Assembly: GCF_009914755.1 (NCBI RefSeq) | Contig: NC_060927.1 | DNA: 64,000 nucleotides | Source: the human T2T-CHM13v2.0 reference genome, Homo sapiens | Direction: 5' to 3' (one strand) | Shown: piece by piece, positions 26,941-40,650 of the stretch | Position numbering within the stretch: position 1 is the stretch's first letter | Layout of the letters: every line of letters begins with the position of its first letter | The notes under the pieces: model-generated | Told to the model about the DNA's origin: nothing | Seen by the model: only the letters and a program-made list of their open reading frames with translations | Databases searched by the model: none | Program-made: the position numbers and the translations under genes

Positions 26941-27483
26941 ATCTCTCAGGTTAGCTAATAGGGGTTGACAGGACTTTGTCTTTTCTATTTTGTTCTCTCT
27001 CTCCAGTCTTCAACAAATTGCAAAATTATCTGAGTTTACTACTAGGGAGTAAAGTTTTTATTTTATCCCTTATTTACGAAGTATGCCTTGTTTTTATTCT
27101 CTCTGGTCTTGGCCTTTGTTCATGAGCTGTAATGAAGGTTTTAATTAAGACTGAAAAAAGATACTAGAGTGCTTAGTTGGGATGGGTAGGGTTGTTTTGG
27201 TGGTTGCTGTTATTTTGTTTTCTTTTATTTCAGCTTTTCCTTTGTGGGGAAAAGGTATTTCTCTTGCAAAGGACAGTAGAGTTTCTTCCAGGAAGTGCTT
27301 TGGAATATCCAGAATTCTAAGACCAAGTATCTTTCTTCCAATGCCTACTGAAAAACTAGTAAATGGGTATCAACTTCAGAAGCTATATTTTGAATAATAT
27401 CCTCAGATATTTAGATTCTTCCAATGGAAGAGAGAAATCATGGCAATAATGTTCTTTGAAAAGTGTCTAGTTCTTTGAAAGTG

Positions 27484-27633
27484 ACCATCTTTGACATGGT
27501 TGAGTGTGAATAATTTGGTTACCAGTTTCTTCACCTGTCAGACTTACACCAAGCAAGATCTCAAAGGATCTCCTGAGTTTTTTGGTTTTGTTTTTTTCTT
27601 TAATAAAGTAAAGAAAGTGGTTTTCTGTATGGA
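27484..27633 (+). repeat. Direct repeat, copy 2
   Basis: Shares a 41-bp identical stretch TGTCAGACTTACACCAAGCAAGATCTCAAAGGATCTCCTGA with copy 1. Confidence 0.9.
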
Positions 27634-28283
27634 CAAGAAGTATCTCTCTCGCTGGCTTCCCATACTTACACAGGACTTCACTTGGTGCTGGGCCCTATGA
27701 TCTATTCACCTAGGAAAGCTTCCTTAATTTCAGGCCGGGCATCAATATGTGTAAAGTATGCAATCATCACTGAACAAGAGGAGACAAGGAAAAAACAATC
27801 CTTGATGGCGGACGTGGCTGTAAAACTTATGCACATGGAATGGGGCTTAAATTAATTAATTTTTTAGAATTGAATACCCTAGAATCTACTCAGTGATTCT
27901 TTATTCTCCCAAGTTTGAAAATCTTTTCTTTCTTAATTCACTGTTAGAAAATTGAAAACATTGTATTTAGGATCATGTGACTCATTTATTGGATGAGTCT
28001 GAAAGAAGATAGGAGTCCCCTGATCCCAAGAAAAACAGTTATAAATAATAGTTATATGCATATTTCTTGCAAGTCAACAATCCCCTGGTTCTTATGACTC
28101 TTAAAATTTTACATTTCCTGGGTATTATAAGAAAAATCAGATGACAGAAGGTTTCATTTATCTTATAAGTAGATCCATTAGCATGCCTTCTCTTGATAAC
28201 TAAACACCAATTGATGTACAAGCATTTCATATCCCAGCCCACTCTACAACCTCTTTTCTCCCCCTCCTCATTCTCATTCTAGA

Positions 28284-28380
28284 AGAATGACCGACTATCC
28301 TGTTTTGTTGGGAACAAGATGGGAACTTTCAACACTAGAACCAGGAAAGTCCCAGGAAATGAGGACAAATTGTCACCCTA
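28284..28380. mobile_element. MER94-like hAT MITE
   Basis: tgaccgactatcctgttttg...ggaaagtcccagg...tgtcacccta terminus. Confidence 0.55.
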
Positions 28381-28403
28381 TTTTTCTTTGGTGGTTCGTT
28401 TGT

Positions 28404-28731
<328 letters not shown>

Positions 28732-29597
28732 TCTTTCTTTCTTCCACTGCAGCTAACCATTCTGTTTGCCTCTCTTGGAACTTGAACCTCTCCAATATGT
28801 CCCTGAAACTTCATTCTCTTGATTTCTCTCTTCATCTACTCATTTCATATAAAATCATATCATATAAATTTATTTAAGAAGGTGTTCTTGACTCTCAGCC
28901 AAGTCCTTGAACATTTATCTATTCTGGTTCATTGGTACCCAATTCTCATCAAAGGATTCTTTACCCATCAATAATAAAATGAGAAAAATGTTGCCAGTGG
29001 AGTAAGGTTTACATGAAGCTAAACGTATTTGATTTTAAGCCTGCCCTTTATTCCAAGATTATATCTTTAGCACATTTTTATTGTCAGAATATCCTTTGAA
29101 TATAGGCTATGGAATTAGGCTATCTGGGTAAAAAACCTAAAAATACCACTTACAGGCAGTCATTTAACCTCTCCAAGTCTGTTTGCTTGTCTGTAAAATA
29201 GGACTATAATTATACATACCAATAGAGTTATATTCGAACCTTACAAATAAGATAATGCATGTAAAGCACTTAACCATTTCCCAGGCACACAGTTTCTATC
29301 AACAAATGATAGCACTGTTGTTGCTGAATTACTTCCTCCACCATAATGACTGTCAGATTTATTACCATCATTATTTAATGTTCTTACCTAGCAAAATAAG
29401 TCATTGGCAACCCTATGTTGGTCCTTAACCAACAGTTTTCTTTGAAATAATTGTATTCATAAAACCCCAAAGCCTCCGAGCCACAGCTCCTGGATGATTG
29501 TGTGTCATCTGTTCCTAATTGCCTGACAATAGGCCTGTTACTCTTTTACTACTTATAGGTGCAACTGGGTTATTGATGTCTTATCAGATCGTACAGA

Positions 29598-30006
<409 letters not shown>

Positions 30007-30323
30007 TAGTGTGTGAATTTCTCTTTACTTTAGCATGCTCTGTAGATCTTTTAGAACTGTCTCCTTCAAATCAAGGAACTGGAAGTTGTGTTACAATTTT
30101 CCCTGTCTCCAATTTATTTAGTTTTGAAAAACATAATTCCTTTTGTACTCTTATTATAGTCTTGTCACTTGTCAGGTTTACATCATGTGTTTGGGGGAAG
30201 TGGACAGTAAACTGACTGTTCTTCTTGCAGCTGTTCACTGAGAATAACAATTTAAATATGCTTGCAAAAAACTAAAGTAACCAAACCCACCTCACCTGGA
30301 ACATTGTAAACTGTGTTGGATAG

Positions 30324-30478
30324 GCCTGAATGCCCTCATAACTGTTGCTCTGGATGGACCTGCTGATTCAAGTGACTTGGCTGATCTTCCCTATATTGAA
30401 TTTGGGAAAGGATTTGAGTACAGGACACAGCTCTCTATTGGCATGAGAGAACTTGGAAGCCGGCTGTCAAAGCAGCTG
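30324..30478 (+). CDS. COL6A6: Coding exon 10: VWA N1, part 3 (GLNALITVALDG...LSKQL)
   Basis: ggatag| acceptor, CTG|GTAAGT donor, 155 nt, phase 1-0. Confidence 0.9.
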
Positions 30479-31086
30479 GTAAGTTATTCTGAAAAGGCTG
30501 GTGAGCTTAAATTTTCAATTATTTTGTATATAAGTTTAATACTTATGCTTAAGAATTTGAACTTACTGTGTTTATTTGGGAGTGAAGAAAGGTTTTTATG
30601 AATTAGTGAACAGCCTAAGTAAGAGGGTTTGTTTGGAAGAAATGTAATACAGTAAAGAGATGTCAAAGCATGTTTAATTTATACACTGGGCAAAAATAGG
30701 AGGAGGAAAGAGGGAAAAAGAAGAAAATTTAAATAGCACCCACAATCATGTCCAAATTATAGCCAAAGAACATAAGTGACAAAAAGAATCTGAGATGCGA
30801 GCGTGAATCGGCCGTTAACCTCCACCAGCCAGTTTTCACACCGCTTGCAGATCCTAGGCATAACAGCTTTCCGTACTGAGTGTAATTCTAGTGTTTAAGA
30901 TGTGTATTTTTCCTGGGATAAGGCCTGTAAATGAAAGCAAATTACATTTGGAGTTCAACTAGAGAAAGAGCAATCTGCTCTAAAGCTGGAGGAAATGCCT
31001 AGTGACAGTAAACCTCACATGTTGTACTTTATGAGCAATTGAAAGATTAGGGGTTGTGACTCCTTGAGATTTCTACCTTATATTCT

Positions 31087-31314
31087 CTTTGTTTGTTTGA
31101 GACAGTCTTGCTCTATCGCCCAGGCTGAAGTGCAGTGTTGTGATCTCAGCTTATTGCAATCTCTGCCTCCCGGGTTCAAGCAATTCTCCCTGCCTCAGCC
31201 TCCCGAGTAGCTGGGATTACCGGCGCCCGCCACCATGCCCGGCTAATTTTTGTATATTTAGTAGAAACAGGGTTTTGCCATGTTGGCCAGGCTGGTCTTG
31301 AACTCCTGACGTCA
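31087..31314 (-). mobile_element. AluS, 5'-truncated
   Basis: ttgagacagtcttgctc...ggtcttgaactcctgac. Confidence 0.88.
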
Positions 31315-32907
31315 TCTTATGTTCTATTTTTAAACCTAATGCCTGTATAAGATGTATCTCAATTGTATTTCTTTCAAAAACATACGAGAATTCAAACTCA
31401 AGTGGTAAAGTGTCAGCAAGCTCTGTGTGGCTCTACTTCTACTTTAATGAATTGCTAGTAATTTTGTAATTTGCTTATAACTTATAAAATCTTTAATCAG
31501 TATATGAGAACACTTTCCAAGGAAGTGCTAGCTCCTGCTGTTTTCCACCTATAAAATTCATATACACATAGGTATTTAAGCAGCTTGTTCAGTGTTGTAA
31601 TTATGTAAAAATAATTACATATAGAATATGAAAGTTTTGTTGGAATTCCTTTCTACATGGGAAGACAGTGTTTTTACAAAATGTGTCTTTTTTTTCTGTC
31701 GACTACTGTTTGAAATCTCTTTGGTAATTCATAGAGGAAGGAAATTCTTCTTCAAACAAACCTCTCAGTTTTTGTATATCATATAAATGGAACACTCTAC
31801 AAGAAAAACTTAATCATAGATCAGTTTTAATGTTAATAGTAATAGATTTGATGCTGTAGAATTTTGGTGATCCAAAGAAAATTGATGTTATCTGATATAA
31901 AATCATAGTATCCATTTTGTTATTGTTTGCTTTCACACATTTCCAGTTTGGTTGCTTTTTCTGAAATTGTCAGGAAAAAGAATTTCATAATGTCAGAAAA
32001 GGAACATTATATAGTAGGAAACAATCAAAGGGAGAAAATTGCTAAATGACTATAACAAAAGATTTTCATTTTTCATTGCACTAGAAATTTATTGGGAAAC
32101 TTCACAATACAAAGATTGGTTCTGCCCCACTAAAGTGAAGTATAACATTTATCTGAAAATAGAATTTTTCTAAAAGTAAATCTGGTGAGTTAATTGTAAA
32201 AATGTAAAGCAATATGTCATCTATTCAAGGGATGGCTGGGTAAGTCCAGGATGACATTTATTAATGTTTTAAAATATATGATATAGATGTTTTTACCAGA
32301 GTATAAAGAGTAATATTCTCCTGTGCCCCAATCCCCTACAGCAAGTGCTTCCAAAATATTGCACGTGTAAGTTGTGTTTTTGAAATCCTATCAGAATTGC
32401 TTTGGAAGAGTTAACCATTGGACTTAGTTCCAAGACATGTTACATTGGGCACTGTCTAAATTCTCTAGCATACCAAGATTTCACAAAATGAGGAAAATAG
32501 CATGCATTCATTTTATTGAACAAAATATTTGGGGCAGAAATATATAGGGAAATCGACAATATCATAGTCAGTGCTAGAGTGAGATGGGGCAGGGACAGAC
32601 AACCACATCAGTTGGCATGCAGTCAGTTTGCCATAGCTAAACTGATACCAATTTGAAAACACAGAAACATTTTTGAGTTGATTTGGAATACCTGAAATGG
32701 TGGAGAGTGCAGATGATAGAAGAAAAGATGGAAGCAAAAAAAAAAAAAAAAAAAAAAGTTTCATGCATTCTTTCTAAAGCACAGTCATTTGAATGGTGAC
32801 CAGGCTTCTGAAACTGTGGTAGAAGTCTGGATCGCATGGTTGAACTTGTATATGAGATTTGGGAAGCAATACCACCAAATGTAATGTATTTCTTACCCTC
32901 TCCCAAG

Positions 32908-33000
32908 GTCAATGTTGCTGAAAGGACATGCTGCTGTTTGTTCTGCAAGTGCATTGGAGGAGATGGCACAATGGGAGATCCTGGACCACCAGGGAAAAGG
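32908..33000 (+). CDS. COL6A6: Coding exon 11: Cys-rich linker and start of the triple helix (VNVAERTCCCLFCKCIGGDGTMGDPGPPGKR)
   Basis: ctcccaag| acceptor, AGG|GTGATT donor, 93 nt. Confidence 0.92.
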
Positions 33001-34068
33001 GTGATTTTAGCTCAGATTTATGGGTTACTTTGAGTTGTAGTATGTCCTTCAGACATGGGTTTAAGTAGAAATAAGGGGTGATTTTTAACTTCTAAATAGA
33101 GCCTCTTATATAAGAGTTTATTATACTCCTCTTTTTATATGTTAAGTTAGTCATGGATTTTCCTTGGCATTCTAAATTGGAGTCTTTTTTAAAAGTTTTT
33201 GTGGAAGACTCAGGAGAAACAACTGTCAAGATCCTTGATTATCCAGTATTCTAGTACTGATGACAATGATGCAGAAAAATCAGCTATAATTCCTCATGTT
33301 GGATAATGAAAGCCTCCTCCATGTGAATAACGCATTTCAGCATTCATTTTTAATGATGGCAGAGTTATTAAAATCAAAGCGAAGATACTTTGTGTACTCT
33401 GCTGAAAACCAGGCTAGATCAGATCACTCTCTTATAGCAAAAGATGTTAAGATGTCTCATTCATCTTAAGCCAGGTCAAAATGTTATCACAGATATATAA
33501 ACAAAAACAGGCTCATTATTTAAAAACAGAAACCAACAACATTGATTCATATATTTCCTAACCAGAAAAAGTATATGTACCCTTATGTGAAAATATTATT
33601 TTGAACTTTAAGAAATGTTTAAATACATATAAACACTGTGGATATGTTATAATGATTTCAATACAGTTTGTTTACGTGTGTTTTATTTTTGAATAATTTA
33701 TAGATAGCACTGTAACTCCCAAATCACCAGGGCTATGTCTCTGAATATGTCTCTGAAAGTTTTTGGACTAATTATTTCCTGAATGTTTCAGCTTCATGTA
33801 AAGAGAGTGGTAGATTTTTTTAAAAAACAAGGCTCAGAAAGAATGGAAAGAAAGGTGTGTGGTCTATTTTTCTATGTGTAGCATAAATCTTAAAAGATTT
33901 TTTAATAAACGGAGAATAATTCTAGTTTATCAGTGGCAAATATAGCTGTGTTGACTTGAATGTTTAGAAAGAAGCTCTGGAACTATATATAAACCCAGAT
34001 TTACAATATTATGATTGACACCCCCTTGAGTTCACTGGACACTTGTCTCGAAATTCCATTTCTTTTTT

Positions 34069-34072
<4 letters not shown>

Positions 34073-34117
<45 letters not shown>
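34073..34117. repeat. (AT)n microsatellite at the L1 tail
   Basis: About 22 AT units followed by T32. Confidence 0.95.
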
Positions 34118-34686
<569 letters not shown>

Positions 34687-34860
34687 AAAATTCCATTTCT
34701 TTTTATGTGTGTAAATGCAACCTACATTGGGAAGGAAGGACCATTTTTTTCAAACACTTACTATTCCACATGAAGTAAAACTGTAAAACTGAATTTGGTT
34801 TGGTTACCTCTGATTTTTGGTCCATAGATGCAAATGTTTTCTTCCTTTTCTTATTTCCAG

Positions 34861-34914
34861 GGACCTCCAGGTTTTAAAGGCAGTGAAGGCTACCTGGGAG
34901 AGGAGGGAATCGCT
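34861..34914 (+). CDS. COL6A6: Coding exon 12: Gly-X-Y, 54 nt (GPPGFKGSEGYLGEEGIA)
   Basis: tttccag| ... |GTAAGT. Confidence 0.94.
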
Positions 34915-35329
34915 GTAAGTCAGGGCTCTTTTTTACCTCCATTTATCCCTAAAAACATCTACAATATGAATTTCCTTGAGTCAATTCAGGGGGAAGCAAG
35001 AAAGGTGAGATTCTAAGGATTCGTGTACAGAATCTCAGATCTTCTTTTGTCCTCATTGTGCTTTGCTTCTGGTGGTCATTAGTGGTTTATTGACCTATTG
35101 TCTCTTCTTTGACTACCCACCAACATTGCACAATGAATTCAATGCGGAAGTAACCTCCTTCACTAGGGGAGTTGAATCACTGCTGTTTCCCCCATTCTGG
35201 AGCATTCTGTAAAGGTAAACCAACTCACCACATTGTGTATCAAGGACCCCACTCTTTCTTGCATTCATTCATCCTTCCTTCCTCCCATCAATCCATCCAA
35301 ACATTTGTTTACCAATTATATATAAACAT

Positions 35330-36130
35330 CTTACCATTTCCTACATTATTTTATCAAAGACCTCACACTTTAACATACTCATTCATTGGTTCATTCAACA
35401 AATATATGTTACATATATGTGTGCCTGGCAGATTATCAGATACTTAACAAATATTTGTAGGCTTCAGCAATAAGAAAAATAAAAGGAAAAATATGGTTTC
35501 TACCTCCAGGAAACTTTCAAACTAGTAGAAATGCAAATGAGACAACAGTGATTCTGGTTGTTTTACACAAGGGCTAGACTAGAAGTATAGAGACATGCAA
35601 AGGAGTGTGGCAGAACAACTCAGTTACCTAACAGCCTTAGCTAAAGTTGGGGCTTGAGAGGGGAACGCTGCGAACAAGGAGTAGTACTTGGGCGGACATT
35701 TGAAGGATGAATAGGAATTTCTACAGGCAAAGTTTGGGGGAAAAGTATGTTCAAGGGCATGTATCTGAGTCAGAGAAGATCATGTTCATAAGATGGCACA
35801 TGGTTAACATGGATGGAACCCAGGTCACTGCAGGAGGAAGATATATGTGGCAAGTAAGACTCAGGTTATTGGGAGTCTTGAATCCCCTGCTGAAGATTTG
35901 GATTGTGTCTTCTAGTTGGTGGGCAGTCACTGAATGGTGGGAAGCACAGGGGTCAAAATTATGGGAGTGTTTAGAAAGCATGCTCAAGCAACATTACAGA
36001 TGATGATAAGGTGAAGGTTATAGGTAAGTCTTGCAGTCATAGATGCAAGACAGGTCCTAATTTGTGCTTAGGACAGTATGACTAGATATGTTAAGAAGGT
36101 TGGAAGGACGTAACTTGGTGACCACTTGGT
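35330..36130 (-). mobile_element. L2 LINE fragment (approximate ends)
   Basis: cattcattggttcattcaacaaatat... followed by purine-rich L2 antisense sequence. Confidence 0.5.
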
Positions 36131-36359
36131 GAGAGAGAAGACTCACACAGGCAGTATGCAAGTGGGATCCAAAGCAAAGGGCTGTCTATCATCAGGGTAT
36201 CTCTGATTTATTTCTACTCTTAGTTTTTATAAGCAAGAACTCTGGATTGTGAACCATGAGCATTCACACTTTTTTTGGTAACAAAAAACTTGTCAAGTTT
36301 TCAAGACAGATCTCAGATTACAATAGAAAAAGCTCATTTGGATATGTGCCCTTTCTCAG

Positions 36360-36431
36360 GGAGAAAGAGGAGCCCCTGGACCAGTGGGAGAGCAAGGTAC
36401 TAAGGGATGCTATGGCACCAAAGGTCCTAAG
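36360..36431 (+). CDS. COL6A6: Coding exon 13: Gly-X-Y, 72 nt, with the helix Cys (GERGAPGPVGEQGTKGCYGTKGPK)
   Basis: tttctcag| ... |GTAAGG. Confidence 0.94.
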
Positions 36432-36514
36432 GTAAGGATTGCATAAGAGTGTGGAGTTTTCTCAATATTAATTACATTTTCCTACACTAACTATAACTGT
36501 CCTTTTATTTTCAG

Positions 36515-36541
36515 GGAAACAGAGGACTAAATGGACAGGAG
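36515..36541 (+). CDS. COL6A6: Coding exon 14: Gly-X-Y, 27 nt (GNRGLNGQE)
   Basis: attttcag| ... |GTATGT. Confidence 0.92.
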
Positions 36542-36879
36542 GTATGTTACCAGGCACATCCATTTACCTACCCATATGTTATCTAGAAATATTTTTATTT
36601 TTGAGATTATTTATCAGTAAATTATACAAATAAAGTTGTCATTGACTTTCCTTTTTTATTGCCAGCCATTTCATTTTGTTTCTTCTTCTCTTTCATTATA
36701 GGCAATACATATTATTTGTTGATAGTTTCTATTACTGAGTAACCTTTAATATTAATAACCCAGGCCCAGCCTCACAAGGAGGCTGTATGTGAAACACAAA
36801 AATAGAGTTTTTGTTTGGCATCTGACTTCTTTACACATGCACGTGATGTACTCTGTTCTAATCATATCTATCTTTTCAG

Positions 36880-36924
36880 GGAGAAGTTGGGGAAAATGGA
36901 ATTGACGGATTAAACGGAGAACAG
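36880..36924 (+). CDS. COL6A6: Coding exon 15: Gly-X-Y, 45 nt (GEVGENGIDGLNGEQ)
   Basis: cttttcag| ... |GTAGAG. Confidence 0.92.
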
Positions 36925-37017
36925 GTAGAGCCTTCTTGTACCATAGAGACCCTTCTGAGCTATTTACCATTATGAAAACGAGAATTCTATTAATAGCTTT
37001 CCCTTCTTGTTTTTTAG

Positions 37018-37071
37018 GGTGATAATGGTCTTCCTGGAAGAAAAGGAGAAAAGGGAGATGAGGGATCTCAG
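37018..37071 (+). CDS. COL6A6: Coding exon 16: Gly-X-Y, 54 nt (GDNGLPGRKGEKGDEGSQ)
   Basis: tttttag| ... |GTAGGG. Confidence 0.93.
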
Positions 37072-37139
37072 GTAGGGATTTGAAAAGGAAGAACATAAAA
37101 ATTGTACTGGGGATTAAGGGTGTGATTAACAGAGTAGAA

Positions 37140-37605
37140 TACTCAGTCAGCTATTGCTACAAAACTGTTTTGTGACAGTCATAAAACCTCAATCACATAC
37201 AACGATGAACATTTATTTCTTATGTTTCTGAGGGGTTCAGCCGATTGAGGCTGGACATGGCTCATGTCTGTAAGGTGGCCGGGGGCTTTACTCCATCTGT
37301 CACTTACCCTCCTGGGACCAGGAGCTAGCCTAACCATGCTAGCCATGACCTTTTTATGCCCATGGCAGAAGCACAAGAAAGCAAGTGGAAACATACTAGA
37401 ACTCTCAGGTCTTCTTCAGACCTAGGGTCAGAACTCTCTCAACACTTGCATCTCTTTCTGTTGGCCAAATCAATGCATATTGCCAAACTCAGAGGAAGGG
37501 AATCTTGCCCACCACAGTTGGAAGTCATTGTAGAGTTACATGGCAAAGGACACAGGAATAGGGAGAGGTGAAGAACTGGGGCCATCAATGACAAGCAACT
37601 ACCAT
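37140..37605. mobile_element. Old MLT1 (MaLR) LTR
   Basis: agtcagctattgct...catttatttct...ttggccaaatcaa. Confidence 0.5.
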
Positions 37606-38099
37606 AGTAAGAATAGAAGTGGGGTGTTGACAAGGGTCAGTGGTGCCAGGCAGCACATTGAAGAGTGAATGTCCCTCATGCCCACCTAGAATAAATACCA
37701 ACAGCAGCCATATTTTCATCCTCTACTTTGTCTTTAGAGTGTGAACAATTGAGTCAGAAACAACCATCTTGGGCAAAGTGCATATTCTTTCTGAATCTCA
37801 GTTGCCTTATAAAAGAAAGATAATAAGGAATACCTGGTTCATAGAATATTTGTAAAAAACAAGATGACAAGTGTGTCTGGAACACAGAGTTCACCACTGT
37901 GGCAAATAATTGAGTTCACTATTAAATTATTTATATGGTGCTTGAAACTAATTTTTTCGGTTGTTCATCTTTCCAGCTTAAAAATAGCCTTGGTAGAAAA
38001 ATATTTAATTATTCACACCAGGGAGAAGAAAAGCTCTGTTTTTATTAATTTTATTAAAACTTCTTGTCTTGTTTTTCTTCTGATTTGTATTAACTTTAG

Positions 38100-38162
38100 G
38101 GAAGCCCAGGGAAGAGAGGGACTCCTGGTGACCGTGGAGCAAAGGGCCTGCGAGGGGATCCC
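38100..38162 (+). CDS. COL6A6: Coding exon 17: Gly-X-Y, 63 nt, containing RGD (GSPGKRGTPGDRGAKGLRGDP)
   Basis: actttag| ... |GTAAGT. Confidence 0.93.
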
Positions 38163-38515
38163 GTAAGTGCACGGGCTGCAAACTGGAGTTAGGGCTTGAT
38201 TCCCATCCGTACTTCTGATAGGGAGTCTCGATTTCAAGGTACTACAATAGTAACCCTGAGTTTAAAACACCACAGGCATGATTGTAACATTTTAAATTCA
38301 GGTACCTGTGCTAGATCCTCTTCATATACTGAATGAGTATGAGCAGTAAAAAGCCCTTACATGTCTTTTGCAAATGCAATTTTGTAAATACATACTCAGA
38401 ATTGTTTTTGTGCTTCAAAACAATGAAGAAATTCTGGTCCACTTCATTATCTTCCAAGCACCTCAAAATACAAACACAATGACAGAAACAAAGCCATGTC
38501 TTTTTTTTCTGTTCT

Positions 38516-38861
38516 TGTGTTAGTCTGTTCTCACATTGCTAATAAAGACATACCTGAGTCTGGGTAATTTATAGAGGAAAGAGGTTTAACTGACTCATAG
38601 TTCCACACGGCTGAGGTGCCCTCACAATCATGAAGAAAGAGCAAAAGGACGTCTTATATGGCAGCAGGCAAGAGAGCTTGTGCAGGGGAACTTCCATTTA
38701 TAAAACCATCAGATCCCATGAGACTTACTCACTACCACAAGAACAGTATGGGGGAAACCACCCCCATGATTCAATTATTTCCACCTGGCCCCACTGTTGA
38801 TATGTGGGATTATTACAATTCAAGATGAGATATGGGAGGAGACACAGCCAAACCACTATCA
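38516..38861 (-). mobile_element. THE1 (MaLR) solo LTR with 5-bp TSD GTTCT
   Basis: TGTGTTAGTC...CACAGCCAAACCACTATCA; GTTCT on both sides. Confidence 0.9.
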
Positions 38862-39139
38862 GTTCTCCAAGAATTTTTCTCAAGAATATCAGTCTCATTT
38901 CCTGTAACCCAGGCCAAGTAGAATTATATTAGGCAAAACTTATGACATAAAGGCACTGCCCTTGCAGGAGCACAACCCAGCTGAGTAGGCAGGACCCATG
39001 TTAAAGAAAAAAAAAAAGATACCAATATATAGGGAATATGCCAAGTCCGATAGAACATCAGTACTATAGGATTTTCATCACCATACCCACACTTAAGTAA
39101 GTCTCCAAAACCTTAATGAATTAAGATTTAGCTTTGTTT

Positions 39140-39760
39140 TAAAATGTTTATTGAACTGTAACATACATCAGAAAAGTCCCTGAGTTATAAATACACAGCT
39201 TAATGAATGTGAATACACCTGTGTAGTCACCACCAGGTAAAGAAATAGAACATTACCAGCATCTCAGAAGCCCCCTCATGCCCACTGCAGCCACTACTCA
39301 CCTTCCCCCAAGGTAATCACTATCCTGTCACTATTAATTAGTTTTATGTGTTCTAGAACTTGATATAAATGGAACCATATAAGTGTCTGCTCTTTTTTTC
39401 TGGCTTCTTTTGCTTTATACTTGTAAGATGAATCAATGTTGTGTATAACAATAGTTCATTCAATTTCGTGGCTGCATTGCATAGTATTTCATTGTGTGAA
39501 TATACCATGATTTATTTGTTATACTAATGATAGGTGGGTTGCTCCCAGTTTTTGCTTTTATAAGTAGTGCTGCTATGAATATTCTTATATATGTCTTTTG
39601 ATGCACTTTTTTACATATTTATATTGGGTCTATATTTTAAGAGTAGAATTTCTGGATTATAATGTGTATGGCCATACTCAGATTGTCTTTACAGTCAAAT
39701 GGTTTTCAAAAGTTTGTATTTATTTATACTCCCACTAGCAATGTATGAGAACGGTATTAC
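39140..39760 (-). mobile_element. Old L1M 3' fragment
   Basis: agaacattaccagca...gaatataccatgattt...gctgctatgaatatt...tcccactagcaatgtatgaga. Confidence 0.7.
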
Positions 39761-40536
39761 ACACTCATCAGAATGGTTACAATTTATAAAAAGCAATACC
39801 AAGTGCTGATAAGGATGTGGGACACCTGGGAATCTCATGAGGATTTTTGTTTTCTTTAATATAACCTCTTGTATACAATGGGTTGATCAGAGAAGGAATT
39901 TGATGCAATATATATGAACATGTAAATGTTAGGCAACTGTATTTAAAAACAGAGGAATTTGCGCATGAGGAAAACATTGTTGACTAAGTGACATCTTCTG
40001 ATAATGGTGTCCTGAGAATTTTCAACTTCAAAGAATCTAATTTAGAACCAAAGAACTATCCACATATAAGCACAACTTAGAAATATTAGTTCAAATACAA
40101 AGACGTTTCAGTTATCCATATATGATGACCAAAAATTCATTTGGGGCATTGCTATATAACCTCCACTGATTTTGATCAGAATTTCTCCTAAATTGTCTGC
40201 TAAAGATCGTGTGATTGTGTAACATATTTTAAAGAGTCTGAATAATGTAAAGAGCTTTCTATTTTAAAAGAAATGCTCTATGACTTCCAACTGTAAAACA
40301 ACTCTGTTTTTTTACATGTGGCTTCAGTGCATTACTATTTCAGGAAAAATTGGGGATAAATAAATAGAACACACATGATCAGTTTATTCTTAGGAAAGCA
40401 TGTAAATGATGCTAATTTTTGAAACCCTAAGTTTATTCAGATAGGATTTATGATCACATGGAAGTGCATTTGGCTGTTTGGAATTTCCCATCTTGACGAG
40501 CTGTTTGGAATTTCCCATACTGACTGGAAGTGTTTG

Positions 40537-40650
40537 TTTAATGGGTGCAACACACCAACATGGCACATGTATACATATGTAACAAACCTGCACGTTGTGC
40601 ACATGTACCCTAAAACTTAAAGTATAATAATGATAAAATTTTTAAAAAAA
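40537..40650 (+). mobile_element. Very short 5'-truncated L1PA 3' end
   Basis: ttaatgggtgcaacacaccaacatggcacatgtatac...cttaaagtataataa plus A tail. Confidence 0.9.
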
